Translations under genes and position numbers: made by a program
Assembly: GCF_009914755.1 (NCBI RefSeq)
Contig: NC_060933.1
Direction: 5' to 3' (one strand)
Length of the DNA: 64,000 nt
Origin: the human T2T-CHM13v2.0 reference genome, Homo sapiens
Notes under the pieces: model-generated
What the model was told of the DNA's origin: nothing
What the model saw: only the letters and a program-made list of their open reading frames with translations
The model's database searches: none
Part shown: positions 1 through 14,250 of the stretch, one piece after another
Layout of the letters: every line of letters begins with the position of its first letter
Numbering within the stretch: position 1 is the stretch's first letter

Positions 1-2960
1 CTGGGCACATACACCCTCCCAAGACTGAACCAGGAAGAAATTGAATCCCTAAACAGATCAATAATAAGCTCCAAAATTGAATGAGTAATAAATGGCCTAC
101 CAACCAAAAAAAAAAAAAAAAAACCCCAAAAAACCAAAAACTCAGGACCAGATGGATTCACAGCTGAACTCTACCAGATGTACAAAGGAGAGTTGGTACC
201 ATTTCTACTGAAACTATCCCAAAACATTGAGGAGGAAGGACTCCTCCCTAACTCATTCTATGAGGGCCAGCATCATCCTGATACCTAAATCTGGTAGAGA
301 TACAACATACAAGAAAACTTCATGCCAATATCCTTGATGAACACTAATGCAAAAATCCTCAACAAATTACTAGCAAACCAAATCCAGCAGTAAATCAAAA
401 TGCTAACCCACCATGATCAAGTAGGCTTTATGCCTGGGATGCAAGGTTGGTTCAACATACACAAATTAATAAATGTCATTTATCACATAAACAGAAGTAA
501 AGACAAAAACCACGTGATCATCTCAATAGATGCAGAAAAGGCTTTTGATAGAATTCAACATCCCTTCATGTTAAAACTCTCAACAAACTAAGTATTGGAT
601 GAACATACCTCAAAATAATGAGAGCCATATATGACAAACCCACAGACAACATTATACTGAACGGGAAAAAGCTCAAAGCATCGCCCTTGAAAACTGGCAC
701 AAGACAAAGATGTCCTCTTTCATCACTCTTATTCAAAATAGTATTGCAAGTCCTGGCCAGAGCAAGAGAAGGAAATAAAGGACATCCAAATGGAAATAGA
801 GGAAGTTGCACTATCCCTGTTTGCAGATGAAATGATTCTATATCTAGAAAATCCCATAGTCTTGGCCCCAAAGCTCCATAAGCTGATAAGTCACTTCAGC
901 AAAGTCTCAGGATACAAAATCAATGTAGAAAAATCACTAGCATTCCTATACACCAACAACAGTCAAGCCAAAATCCAAATTGGGAATGCAATCCCGTGCA
1001 CATTTGCCACAAAAAAATAAAATACACAGGAATACAGCTAATAAGGGAGGTGAAAAATCTCTACAACAAGAACTATAAAACACTGCTCAAAGAAATCAAA
1101 GAAGACACAAATGGAATAAATAGGAAAAATCAATTTTGTTAAAATGGCCATACTGCCCAAAGCAACGTACAGATTCAATGGTATTCCTATCAAACCACCA
1201 ATGACATTCTTCACGGAACTAGAAAAAAGTATTTTAAAATTCATATGGAACCAGAAAAGAGCCCAAACAGCGAAGGCAATCCTAAGCAAAAAGAACAAAG
1301 CCGGAAGCATCACAGTACCCGACTTCAAATTATACTACAGGGCTAGAGTAACCAAAACAGCATGGTAGTGGTACAAAAACAGGCATATACCCAATGGAAC
1401 AGAATAGAAAGCCTAGAAAAAATGGTGCTAGGATAACTGGTTAGCTATATGCCAAAGATTGAAGCTGGACCCCTTCCTTATACCATATACAAAAATCAAC
1501 TGAAGATGGATTAAAGACAAATGTAAAACCCCAAACTATAAAATCTCTGGAAGGCAACCTAGGAGTACCATCCTGGTTGTAGGAACAGGCAATGGTTTCA
1601 TGACAAAGGCACCAAAAACAATCACAACAAAAGCAAAAATTGACAAGTGGGATCTAATTAAACTTAAGAGCTGCACAACAAAAGAAAACTATCAATAGAG
1701 GGAACAGACAACCTACGGGATGGGAGACAATTTTTGCAAACCATCCATCTGACAAAGGTCTAATATCCAGCATCTATAAGAAACTTAAACAAATTTACAA
1801 GAAAAAAACAATCCAATTAAAAAGTGGGCAAAGGGGCCAGGCACTGTGGCTCACACCTATAATCCCAGCACTTCGGGAGGCCGAGGCAGACAGATCACAA
1901 AGTCAAGAGATCGAGGCCATCCTGGCCAACATGGTGAAACCCTGTCTCTACTAAAAATCAAAAATTAGCTGGGCGTGGTGGCACTCACCTGTAGTCCCAG
2001 CTACTCAAGAGGCTGAGGCAGGAGAATAGCTTGAACCCAAGGAGCAGAGATTGCAGTGAGTCAAGATCGCGCCACTGCACTCCAGCCTGGTGGCAGAGCG
2101 AGACTCGGTCTCAAAAGAAAAAAAAAAAAGGGTGGGCAAAGGACATGAAGAGACACGTTTCAAAAGAAGACATGCATACAGCCAACAAGCATATTTTAAA
2201 AAAAACTCACTATCACTGATCATTAGATAGATGCAAATCCAAACCACAATGAGATACTATCTCATGCCAGTCAGATTGGCTCTTATTAAAAAGTCAAAAA
2301 GTAACAGATGCTGGCGTGGTTGCAAAGAAAAGAGAATGCTAATACACTGTTTGTGGGAATGTAAATTATTTCAACCACTGTGGAAAGCAGTGTAGCAATT
2401 TCTCAAAGAGCTAAAAACAGAACTACCATTGGATTACTGAGTATATACCAAATAAATATGAATCATTCTACCATAAAGACAGACGCATGTGTATGTTCAT
2501 TGCAGCACCATTCACAATGGCAAAGACATGGAATCAATCTGAAGGCCTATCAATGATAGACTGGATAAAGCAAATGTGGTACATATACCCCATGAAATAT
2601 TTTGCAGCCATAAAAAAGAATGGGATCATGTCCTTTGCAGGAACATGGATGAGAATGGAGGTCATTATCCTTAGCAAACTATTGCAGGAACAAAAAAACA
2701 AATACTGCATGTTCTCACTTATAAATGGGAGCTAAGTGATGCGAACACATGGACACAGAGAGGGGAGCAACACACACTGGCGCCTAAAAGAGGGTGGAGG
2801 AGGGAGGAGGGAGAGGAGCAGAAAAGAAAAACAACTAACGGGTACTAGGCTTAAGACTTGGGCGATGAAATAATCTGTACGTCAAACCTTTGTGACAAGA
2901 GTTTATATATATAACAAAACTGTACATGTCCCCCTGAACCTAAAAGTTTAAAAGAAAAAA
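1..2960 (+). mobile_element. LINE-1 (older L1PA, about L1PA13-16-like): decayed ORF2 plus 3' UTR, runs off window start, interrupted by an Alu at 1835-2129
   Basis: ORF fragments contain L1 ORF2 RT motifs ([50 protein letters not shown]). The 3' UTR ends in an A-rich tail near 2942-2960. Several frameshifts and internal deletions. Confidence 0.95.
1835..2129 (+). mobile_element. Alu (AluSc-like)
   Basis: Full dimer with GTCAAGAGATCGAG..CCATCCTGGCCAACATGG and an A tail. TSD GTGGGCAAAGG on both sides. Confidence 0.95.
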
Positions 2961-2969
2961 CATAGGCAG

Positions 2970-3760
2970 TAATGGATGCTGCAAGGATGTGAAGAAAGAG
3001 GAACACCTTTATACTACTGGTGGGCATGTAAATTAGTAAAGCCACTGTGGAAAACAGTATGCAGTTTCCTCAAAAAACTAAAAATAGAGCTACCCTATTA
3101 TCTAGCAATTTCACTGCTGGTTATATCTGAAATAAATCCATCAGCATATCAGAGAGATATCTGCACTCTCATGTTATCACAGCACTCTTCATAATAACCA
3201 AGATACGGAACCAACCTAAGTGTCTATCAATGGCTGAATAGAGTAAAAAAATACAGTGTGTATACACAATGGATTATTATTGAGCTATAATAAAAGGATG
3301 AAGTCCCGTCATTTGCAACAGCATGGATAGAACTGGAGGACATTATGTTAAGTGAAATAAGCCAAGCACAGAAAGATAAATATTGCATGTTCTCATGCAT
3401 ATGTGGGAGCTAAAGAAAAAAAAAAAAAACTGATCTCATGGAGGTAGAGAGTAAAATGATAGTTACCAGAGGCTGGGAAAGGTCGTGCGAAGGGGAGGGA
3501 AAAGAGAGGTTGGTTAATCATTAGACAAATCTAGTGTTCGGTAGCACAATAGGGTGACCGTAGTTAACAATAATATACATTTCAAAATAACTCGAAGAGT
3601 GAAATTGGAATGTTCCTAACACAAAGAAATAATAAATGCTTGAGGTAATGGATATCCGATTACCCTAATTTTATCATTATATATTCTTTGCTTATGTCAA
3701 AATATCACATGCATCCCATAAATATGTACCACTATTATGTATTCATAAATAAAAACAAAC
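2970..3760 (+). mobile_element. LINE-1 3' end (L1MA-like)
   Basis: L1 ORF2 C-terminal fragment (VKPLWKTV..FLKKLKIELPY) followed by an L1MA-type 3' UTR ending AATAAA plus A-rich tail. Confidence 0.85.
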
Positions 3761-3764
3761 AAAA

Positions 3765-6350
3765 TGATTGCCATAACAAAGCAAATGCTTACAGAACTAA
3801 GAAGATGTATAGGCAAAGATAAAATAATAATAGAATATTCCAACTTCTTTCAGTAAATGATAAAAATGGAGGGGTACAAAAATCAATAAGGATATGGATG
3901 ATCCAGGCAGCATTATGACTGTTACACCAAACAACTGCAGAATGTATGTTCTTTTTCATTGACTATTGAAAATAGTCATGCACCGTTTACCAAGAAAGAT
4001 TATATACAAGGTCAAAAGAAAGTTGCGACACATTTCTATGTAATTCTAGTATAAAATATTTCAATATGAACAACAATAAAAATAAAAGACACCAAAATGT
4101 GGAGATTGCAAGCAAATAGTGCTTATGGGAAAATTTATAAACTTAAATTTAGATATTAGAATAGAATCAACTCAATTATGTTAATCTGAAGAAATAAGAG
4201 CAGATTAAACTCAAAAGAAGCTAGAAGGAAGTAAATAATAAAAGAACAGAAATAAATGTGAACAGGTATAAAATAAAGGATCTCAACAAAGCCAAAAGTT
4301 CATTTGATGAAAAGAGTGATATAAATTAATCTGTATTAATAAGCCCTCAGGAAGACATATATTACTACAAGGAATAGAGAAAATACAAACTAACCAATAC
4401 GAAAAATGAAAGAGGGAACATCACCATAGATTCTGCAGATACTAAAAGGGATGAAAATGTGCTACTATAAATAACTTGATGCCAATACATTTAACAACTT
4501 AAAATGACATTAATTTTTTGAAAAGCACAACTTCTAAACCAGCACAATTGAAAATAAAAATTAAAATAGTGCTATACCTGTTAAAGAAATGAAATGTGTC
4601 ATGAGAAATCGTCCCACAAGGAAAATTCCAGGCCAAGCTTCGTTTATTAACAAACTCTTCCAAACATTTAAGGAAGAAATAATACCAATGTTACCAAAAC
4701 TCCTTTAGAAAAGAGAAAAGAGGGAACATGTCCCAACTCATTTTATGATGCCTTAATACTGATGCCTTATGTGAACACTAATTAAAATGAAAATTATAAA
4801 TCAATATTCCCCATGAAGACAGATACAAAAGATTGGAAAATTGAGCCCAGTGATGTATAAGAAGCATAATACATCATGCTCAATGGGATTTATCCCAGAT
4901 ATAAATGGTTGATTTAGCATTTGAAACCAATCGTGTAATTTGCCACATTAATATAAGAGAAAAAACTTTATATGTTGGAATTACCATTTCTAGAGATGAA
5001 AAAATTTTGGCAAAATATAGTACCTGTTCATAATATATTTATTACCTGTTCATAATAAATATGTTAGCAAATTAAAAATAGAAGAGACTTTTTTCAATCT
5101 GTGAAGGATTTCTATTAAAAATTTATAGATAACATCATAATGTAAGATATTAAATGTTCTCTCCCCTTTGGGAACAAGGCAAGGATCTCCACTTTTACTG
5201 CTTTTATTCGAATATTGCTCTAGGTCCTAGTCAGTAGTCAGTACAATATGGCATGAAAAAATTAAATAAAGATTGAAAAGAAAGACATAAAACTTTTGTA
5301 CTTTTAACAAAGTACAAAACAATCTATAAACCATTAGGATAAAAAACTTAGCAATATTGTTAGATACAAGGTTATAATAAAAACTAAATTATATTTCTGT
5401 ATAATAGGAACATAAAGCAGAACATAAAATTGTAAATAAGACCTTTTATAAGAGCATTGAACACACTTTTGAATACTTAGGAATGAGTTTAACAACCTGT
5501 TTAAATCTACTTTTAGATTTAAAAGCTTCTACAATAAAAATAAAACATAGTAGGAAAAAATTATAAAAGACCTAAATAAATAGAATAAGATACCATATTA
5601 ATGGATAGGCAGATTCTATATTATTAAAATGTTAATTCTTCCAAATTAAACTACAGCATCAATACAATCAAGCCAGAATGCCAGCGGGTTTGAGTGTGTA
5701 TGTAAATTGATGAATTGATCCTAAAATTTATATGGAGATGCAGAAAACCTAGAGTAATAGCCAAGACAATCTTGGCATAGAAAAGGAAAGTTTTAGACCT
5801 TCTGCTACACCATTATAGGATTTACTACAAAGATTTACTATAGTAGTAAGACAATATGGTAGTGGCACAAGGGCAAATATTTCGGTGGAATAGAATAGAG
5901 TCCAGAAAGAGGCCCACAGTTAAATGGTAACTTGATTTATGAGGAAGGCACTAGTGGAATTTATTGAGGAAATGTTAGTCTTTTCAATAAATGAAGTATG
6001 GGAACCTGTATGGAAAAAATAAACCTTGACTCCTCATATAGTCACAAAAAATCAATTCAAGATGGATCATAGACAGAAATGTAAAAGCAAAAACTGTAAG
6101 GTTCTAGAAGAAAAACATAGGAAAATATTTTCATAAGCTTGGGTAGCCAAAAATTACTTAAATGGCATACATAAAAGCACTAATTAGAAAAATAACAAAT
6201 AATGAATTCGATTTTATAAATATTAAAAACTGTCATTGAAAGACTTCAATGAGAAAATGAAAAGGCAGCCAACAGACTGCAAGAAGATATTAGCAACAGA
6301 TGCAACTGACAAAGGAGTTGACTCCAGAATATATGACTTCTATATGTCAG
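3765..6350 (+). mobile_element. Ancient LINE-1 (L1M) ORF2 remnant
   Basis: A-rich degraded ORF2 collinear with L1 from EN through RT to the C-terminus (e.g. MKRQPTDCKKILA). Confidence 0.8.
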
Positions 6351-6362
6351 TGAGAAACAGAC

Positions 6363-6740
6363 TTGAGGAGATTATCATGAATTATCTAGGTGGACCCAAG
6401 GTAATCATGAGGATCCTTGTAAGTGGAAGAGGGAGGCAGGACAGTCAGAAGATGCAACATCAGAAGCAGACTTCAGAGGGATTCAATCTCTGGCTTTACA
6501 GATGGAATGGGGCTGCAAGCCAAGGAATGTGGGCTGCCTGTAAACTGGAAAAGACAAGAAAATAGATTTATCCTTGGAGCTTCTGGAAGGAATCAGCCTT
6601 GCCAATATCTTAATTTTATTCCCATGAGACCCATTTTAAATAAAATGAAAAATTCTATTTACAAAATAAACGTAATGTGCTGCATTAAACCACTAAGTTT
6701 GTGGTGCTTTGTTACACAGGAAGAGAAAACTGCTATGACT
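6363..6740 (+). mobile_element. MaLR LTR (MLT1D-like)
   Basis: GAGATTATC..GATCCTTGTAAGTGGAAGAGGGAGGCAG and terminal AAACCACTAAGTTTGTGGTG..TTTGTTACA motifs of MLT1. Confidence 0.8.
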
Positions 6741-6949
6741 TAGAATTTCAGTTTCTAGACGGCTACCTTAAAGTAGCTGAAGGCATATACAAGAATGTTC
6801 TTGCAAGTATGATAATAGTAAAAACTTGGAAACAAACTGTCTTTCAATAGGAAAACAAAACAATTGCAGTTTATATTTTGGACTATTGACAGTTAAAAGA
6901 ATGAACTAGGTGTACATTTTTATCATTAAAAGACCTCAAAAGTATATTC

Positions 6950-7803
<854 letters not shown>

Positions 7804-8079
7804 TGTCATATAATTTAGATAATTTAATGCATTGCAGGAGGTGCTTCATTCAGTACTGTATAGCAAGAACCACCAACTCCCCAGCCTATAATGGAATCCC
7901 TCTTCATTTTCTAATTCTACCCAATCAGTCAATTCTACACCTGTCACTTAACAACTTACCTATTTGCAGCTATAACTCTCCATATTGGAGTTCAATCATT
8001 AAATAAAAACTGATGACTTTTTTTCCCCAAATGTAGCTTATAAACTTGAAGGAAAAAATAAAAAGTAAGATTTTGAAGA

Positions 8080-8900
8080 GAACGGAAAACAGAGCAATTT
8101 CAGAAAACGAAATGGAAGGACTGATGGTCTGTTTTAGGGGAGCTAACATTTGGATCAATTAAGAGTGTAGGGAAGTTTGAGGAGGGTGAAAAAGGTATGA
8201 GAATGGGAAATATCACACCAAAAAAACATTGCAACATTAGTAATGTTGAGCACACAATTCAGGTTGGTGGCTATGTATTTGTGAGTCATATCAATTAGCC
8301 ATGTTGTATGATTTGTTTTTCTAACAACATTCAGTATTAAGGTAAAGAAATAGAGAGTAATTGCTTGGTTCATCCAAGGCTGAGCTGTCACCAAGGAATG
8401 CAACAAAAGCAAGGGACAAGAGAGTAGAGAATATATGTGTGAGTGATTTTTAATGGTAATTGAACCCAATAATGTGAGAAGTGACGAGAGCAGTAGGCAG
8501 ATAGAATTGGTTGAACTGATATATTGGAGGCCACCATGAGGTAAAACTGTTTAGTAAATAAGACAAAAGAATAGGACAGTGGAATGTTGGGCTTCTGACT
8601 TTCAAAGATGGACCAATTTCAAATGATGACAATGTCTAGAATATGACCATGGAAGGAGATATGTTTTCTGAATTGAGGGAAAAGCTCATGGAAGATGAAA
8701 ATGCAAAGAATCATGTAAGGACGTGGTATTGACTAGCTCATCAGCATGGGCATTTAGTTCATTCTTATAATATTAGGAGCTTGTATGGAGAATAAAAGTA
8801 TTACCCAAGTATTAAAAATCTTCATTCATGGGGCTGAATAATCAGAACAATATGTTGAGCAATTAAATAGGCTATGATGTCATTCATTGACATAGGGAAT
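8080..8900 (-). mobile_element. LINE-2 ORF2 remnant
   Basis: Reverse complement of ~8625-8652 reads HGHILDIVI, matching the L2 endonuclease GHTLDLVI motif. The surrounding + strand is purine-rich as expected for antisense L2. Ends approximate. Confidence 0.65.
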
Positions 8901-9211
8901 AGATACAGGATAGAAAGCGGGTATGTTGGAGAGTAAGACTGTCAATCTAATTTTGAATACATTGAGTTTGCACTTCCTGTGCAGCAGCAAAATAAATCTC
9001 TCCACTAGGCAGCAGGCCATATAGGTTGGAAAGTAAGAAGAATAAACAAGATATTGAGAACTTATAGATTGTAATTTAAATAAGAAAACTAAATTGAGGT
9101 AAGCCAAATAGATTGTGTAGATTATTTAAATTTTGTCAGTAAACTGATAATGTGTCAATGATTGTCCTTGTTAATGCCTGTTTTATTTTTATTGCTTATA
9201 ATTTTATGTGA

Positions 9212-9504
<293 letters not shown>

Positions 9505-9524
9505 TGTTCCTTACATTTTATATG

Positions 9525-9550
9525 CACACACACACACACACACACACACA
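9525..9550. repeat. (CA)13 microsatellite
   Basis: Perfect CA run. Confidence 0.95.
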
Positions 9551-9914
9551 GTTTCTTCAACTTGTTCATTAACTTTTTTGATTTCCAGGTGATGTTTTAT
9601 AATTGATTTTGTTACTATAGTACTTAATAGAAAACTACCAATATAATAGGTAACATATATTTCTTTTTACTAAATATGCAAATATTCTACTGTTTTTTGA
9701 TTTTTGGTTCTGAATTTTTTAAAAAAGAACTCAGATAACATAGTTGGCTGTGACATACCTTGATGGAATTGAACTATTTCACCTCACTTTAGGAAGTAGA
9801 CTTTGACACAGTTAACATTTAGCTCTCCTCTATAATATGTCATCTTTTTACCTCTTGTTAGGGTAACTTCAGTATATTCTGTTAGTGAGTGATTACAAGC
9901 TCGTAAGAGGGTAC

Positions 9915-11982
9915 TATGAAAATTACATACCAAAAATTTCAATAACCTAGAAGAAATGGATAATTTTCTATAAACATACAATCTAAGACTGAATCACAAA
10001 GAAATAGAAAATAAGAACAAACCAATAATGAATAAGGAGAATTAATCAATAATCAAAAACTTTCCAACATTCTACCAAACATTTAAAGAAGAATTAATGC
10101 CACTCTTTCTCAAACTCTTCCAAAAAACTTAAAAGGTGGGAACACTTTCAGACTCATTTTATGAGGCCAACATTACCATGATATCAAAGCCAGAAAAGGA
10201 TACTATAAGAGAAAAAATATTTAGGCTAACATCTCTGATGAACATAAATGCAAAAATCCTCAAGAAACTACTAGCAATCAAAATCCAACAATACATTAAA
10301 AGTATGACACATGATCATCAAGTGGTATTTATTCCTGAAATGCAAGGAAGTTTTAACATATTAAAGTCATTGATGTGGCTGGGTAAATTGGCTCATGCCT
10401 ATAATTGCAGCACTTTGGGAAGCCAAGGCATGAGGATTGCTTGAGCCCAGGAGTTCAAGAGCAGGTTGGGGAACATGGTGAGACTCCATCTATACACAAA
10501 ATTTAAACATTAGGCATGGTGGCATGTGCCTGTGGTCCCAGCTAAGTCGGGGGACTGCAGTGAGCTGTAATTGCACCACTGCACTCCAGCCTGGATGACA
10601 GAGTAAGACTCTGTCTCAAAAAAATTTTTTTAAAAAGTCATGAATGTATCAATGTGATATACCACATCAACAAAATGAAGGATAAAAATCATGACCGTCT
10701 CAATAAATGCAAAAAAAATTTGACAGAATTCAACACCCTTTCATAATAAAAACATTCAACAAATTAGGTATAGAAGGAATGTACCTTAACCTAATAAAAG
10801 CCATATGTAATAAACCCAGGGCTAACTTCAACTCGATGTCACAAAGCTGAAAACTTTTTCTCTGAGGTCAGGAACAAGATAAGGATACCTACTCCTCACC
10901 ACTTCCATACCATATTGTACTAGAAGGGCATAGTCAGAGAAATTAGGCAAAAAAAAAAAAAAAATCAGAAAAATGCAAATTAAAACAACAATGTTACCTC
11001 TTACCTGTTAGAATGACTATTACAAAAAAAGAAAAGATAACAAGTGTTGGTGAAGATATGGAAAAAAGGGAGCCCTTGAACACTGTTGGTTGGAATGTAA
11101 ATTAGTACAGCTATTATGAAAAACATGATGGAAATTCCTTTAAAATATTTAGAATTACCATATGATCCAGCAATCTCACTGCTGGGTACATTTCCAAAGA
11201 AATGAGACAAGTATGTTGAAGAGATACATGCAGTCTCATGTTCATCACAGCTTTGTTTATAACAGCCAAGATATGGAGTCAACATAAGCACCCATGGATG
11301 AATGAATGGATAAAGAAAATGTGGCATGCATATATATATACACACACACATATATGTATATGTATATTCCATTGCACATATATACACACATATATAATGG
11401 AATACTATTCAGCCTTATGAAAGAAGGAAATCCTGACATTTGTAACAACATGGATGAACACGGAGGATGTTATGTTGAGAGAAATAAGCCAGGAACAGAA
11501 AGAAAAATTTTCTATATATTACATATATATAACATTATATATATTACATACATATTACATGTATATATTACATTATACATAAAATACATATATATATAAA
11601 ACACACACACATATAATCTAAAAAAGGTAAACTCTGAGAAGTAGAGAGTAGAATGGTGGTTGCCAGGAGTTGGGGGTACAGGGTGGGGATTCGTTTGTCA
11701 GAGGGCACAAACTTTCCATTAAATAGAATGAGTAAATTCTGGAGATCTATTATACAGCGTGGTGACTGTAGTTAATATGTATTGTATACCTGAAAATTGC
11801 TAAGAGAGTAGATCTTAAATCCTCCCACCAAAAAATGTACGTGAGTCGATACACATGTTAATTAACTTCATTTAACCATCTCACAATGTATATGTGATTC
11901 AAAACATCATGTCATATGCTATAAATATATACAATTTTGATATGTCCATTATGCCTTAATAAAGCTGTAGGAAAAAAATAAA
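9915..11982 (+). mobile_element. LINE-1 (L1MA-like) with internal deletions, an Alu insertion and TA/CA-rich expansions
   Basis: ORF2 fragment (SFYEANITMISKPEKD..SLMNINAKILKK). Jumps from RT to C-terminus at the A-run near 10949-10963. 3' UTR ends AATAAAGCTG..AAAAAAATAAA. TA/CA low-complexity tracts at 11328-11396 and 11510-11615. Confidence 0.88.
10377..10624 (+). mobile_element. AluJ with deletion in the right monomer
   Basis: GGATTGCTTGAGCCCAGGAGTTC J-type motif. Imperfect TSD AAAGTCAT..ATGT. Confidence 0.88.
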
Positions 11983-12234
11983 GTCAGGAAGTCGGGCAAA
12001 AATAAGGAATAATAAGCAAGGAGTTGATTATGTTTTTGTTTAGAAATTTATTCTCAAAACTAATTGCTTCTTTATGTATGAAGCTGAGTCCTAACCATAC
12101 ACTGAGTAAATAAAAGCAAGTTTGAATTTCTACAAGCATGATGGAATTAATATAATCAATTTTCACGCTGTATCCAAAAGTCATGGACATGGAATGTACT
12201 TAAAATCTGAAAAACCTGCTGAAAGTTTTACTAT

Positions 12235-12320
12235 TCTGTAGTTGTATGACTTTTGGCAAATCCCTGTTTCTCTGACCCTTAGTTTATTCATTTAGAAAAT
12301 GTAGATAATGAAGTGAAAGA
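12235..12320 (+). mobile_element. MIR fragment
   Basis: TGAC..TTGGCAAATC..TCTCTGA.CCTTAGTTT..TCATTT..AAAATG..GATAAT core. Confidence 0.55.
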
Positions 12321-14124
12321 TATTAAGATACGCTGTTTATGAAAGTTTTCTACAAGGACATAAAAATGAGTAGAACTAACATAAAACTATAACTTAATTC
12401 AGTGTCATTATAGTTGCATGGCAATCTCTACCAAGGTACCAATTCCTTAAGGAAGATGTTAATTCCTTCCAGGGATGCTACAAATGTGGTACAAATGGGC
12501 TAATTAACCTACCAGTTTTGTTTCTTCATTTTAGAGCAAACCAAGAAAAAAAACTAAAGTGCAACAACTCAAGTGATCAAATTATATGAGAAAAGTACAG
12601 TTCATGGTGCTGTTCTTTGGAGTTACGGTGTTTAGTTTTCATTTGCTCTATAGTCCCCAAATTATTCACCATTTTCAGAATCTTTCACGAGTTTTTATGA
12701 AAACCCCTAAAACCTTAATAAACAAGTTCCAGTGCAAGAAAAAATTCCAGGTCAGTCAAGAAGCCAGAGGGAGAGAGCTCAGTAAACCTCTCTTCTAATT
12801 AGTGCTTGAAAGAAGCCAGTGCCTCAGAACAATGGGTACACGACGGGTGCTGCTAGTGATAGAAGTAATTGTTGACCTAGCTGTTCTTACAAAATATTGC
12901 TTTCCCATAGGCCCTAATTATTAGTCCTGTTATTTCTCCACTGTTTGACCAAGACTGGATCTGTTCTTAGTTTGGGGTCTGCTGCATGGCAGTGCTTAGC
13001 TTTGCTAATTTTGGAATAAATTATTTTAGGTGGAACCTTTAACAAAAGCTAAATTTCAACACCTTAACTCCTAGGTAAGTTATCTGTATTTTGCTACCTT
13101 ATATTTTTCTAAATCAAGATGTTCTCACAGGCATGTTGGTCCCCTTGAATCTGTGTCAGATGAACAGATGTTAAAATGCACAACCATATCTAACACAATT
13201 TCACCAGCAATGGGTATGTATAAAAATGATGATATTTAATGACATTAATACTTAGCAAAAAAAAAAAAAACTGAATATGACTAAAACTGAAATTCAAAGC
13301 AATTCAGAGTGTGAGTTTGGAATAGAAAGCCTGTACATTTAAATGAAGACTTTCAGTTGATTTTATCAGAAAGTTTTGACTGGTTAGGGTACCCATAGGG
13401 ACAGAGGTTTTTAGTCTTCCTACTTAGATGATGGGAGCATGTCTGCTTTTTTCCTCACTGATGTACTCCAGATACAGTAAGTGTTCTGTGTTCTAGGGGT
13501 AAGAGCAGGATGGAAGGAACCCAGCTTTGAGCCTTTTGATAGTGTGGATTTAATTAAGCTACACATTGCATCGAGGTTGCAGCAGTACAAATATGTTTAT
13601 TCCTTACTTTTAACACAAGAAATTGTCATCCAAGTAGAAGAAAAAATATATTTTTTTCATTTAAAAACCAATGTTATTCATTAAATTGGAAAAATGTACA
13701 GACTCCTATGCGTTAACCACTGGATTAAACATTATTAATGTGAAGCATACTTCTGATTGAATTTAAGAAGGGTCTACATTATAGTTTATAACTAATATTA
13801 GTTTCTAGTTTACTAAAACATTTACAAGTTGAGACTTTGGGCTCCTGAGATTTCATCTTTTGCCTCCATATCAGCTTTTGGGACCATTTACTTTTTATGC
13901 TGCAGTAGAAACGTGGATATACAAAGTGTGAAATAGAAGGAATACTGGGCAAAAATTCAAAGGGCATGGGTGCCATTCTCAGTTGTTCTGCTAACTAATC
14001 ATATGAGCAGAAACCACCCTGGTAACCCCACACGATTTAATTTCTTGCCTGTAAAACTCTAACAGTTGTAACAGCTCTGCAAGACCAGTTGTGGGGCTTC
14101 CAACAAGTCAAGTGACCGTCTACT

Positions 14125-14250
14125 CACAGTTATAAAATGAAAACCACGATACCCACCTCAGAGAGTTGTGTGAGGATTAAATCAGCAAATATACATAAAG
14201 AACCTCTCAGAAGAATATGAAACAGAGTAGCTACCATTATGAACATTATT
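14125..14250 (+). mobile_element. MIR fragment
   Basis: TAAAATG..ATACCCACCTCAGAGAGTTGTGTGAGGATTAAAT core. Confidence 0.6.

Noticed and set aside
11328-11615. TA/CA-rich repetitive blocks as a structured array
   Set aside because: Ordinary microsatellite expansions within an L1 3' region, with no repeat-spacer structure.
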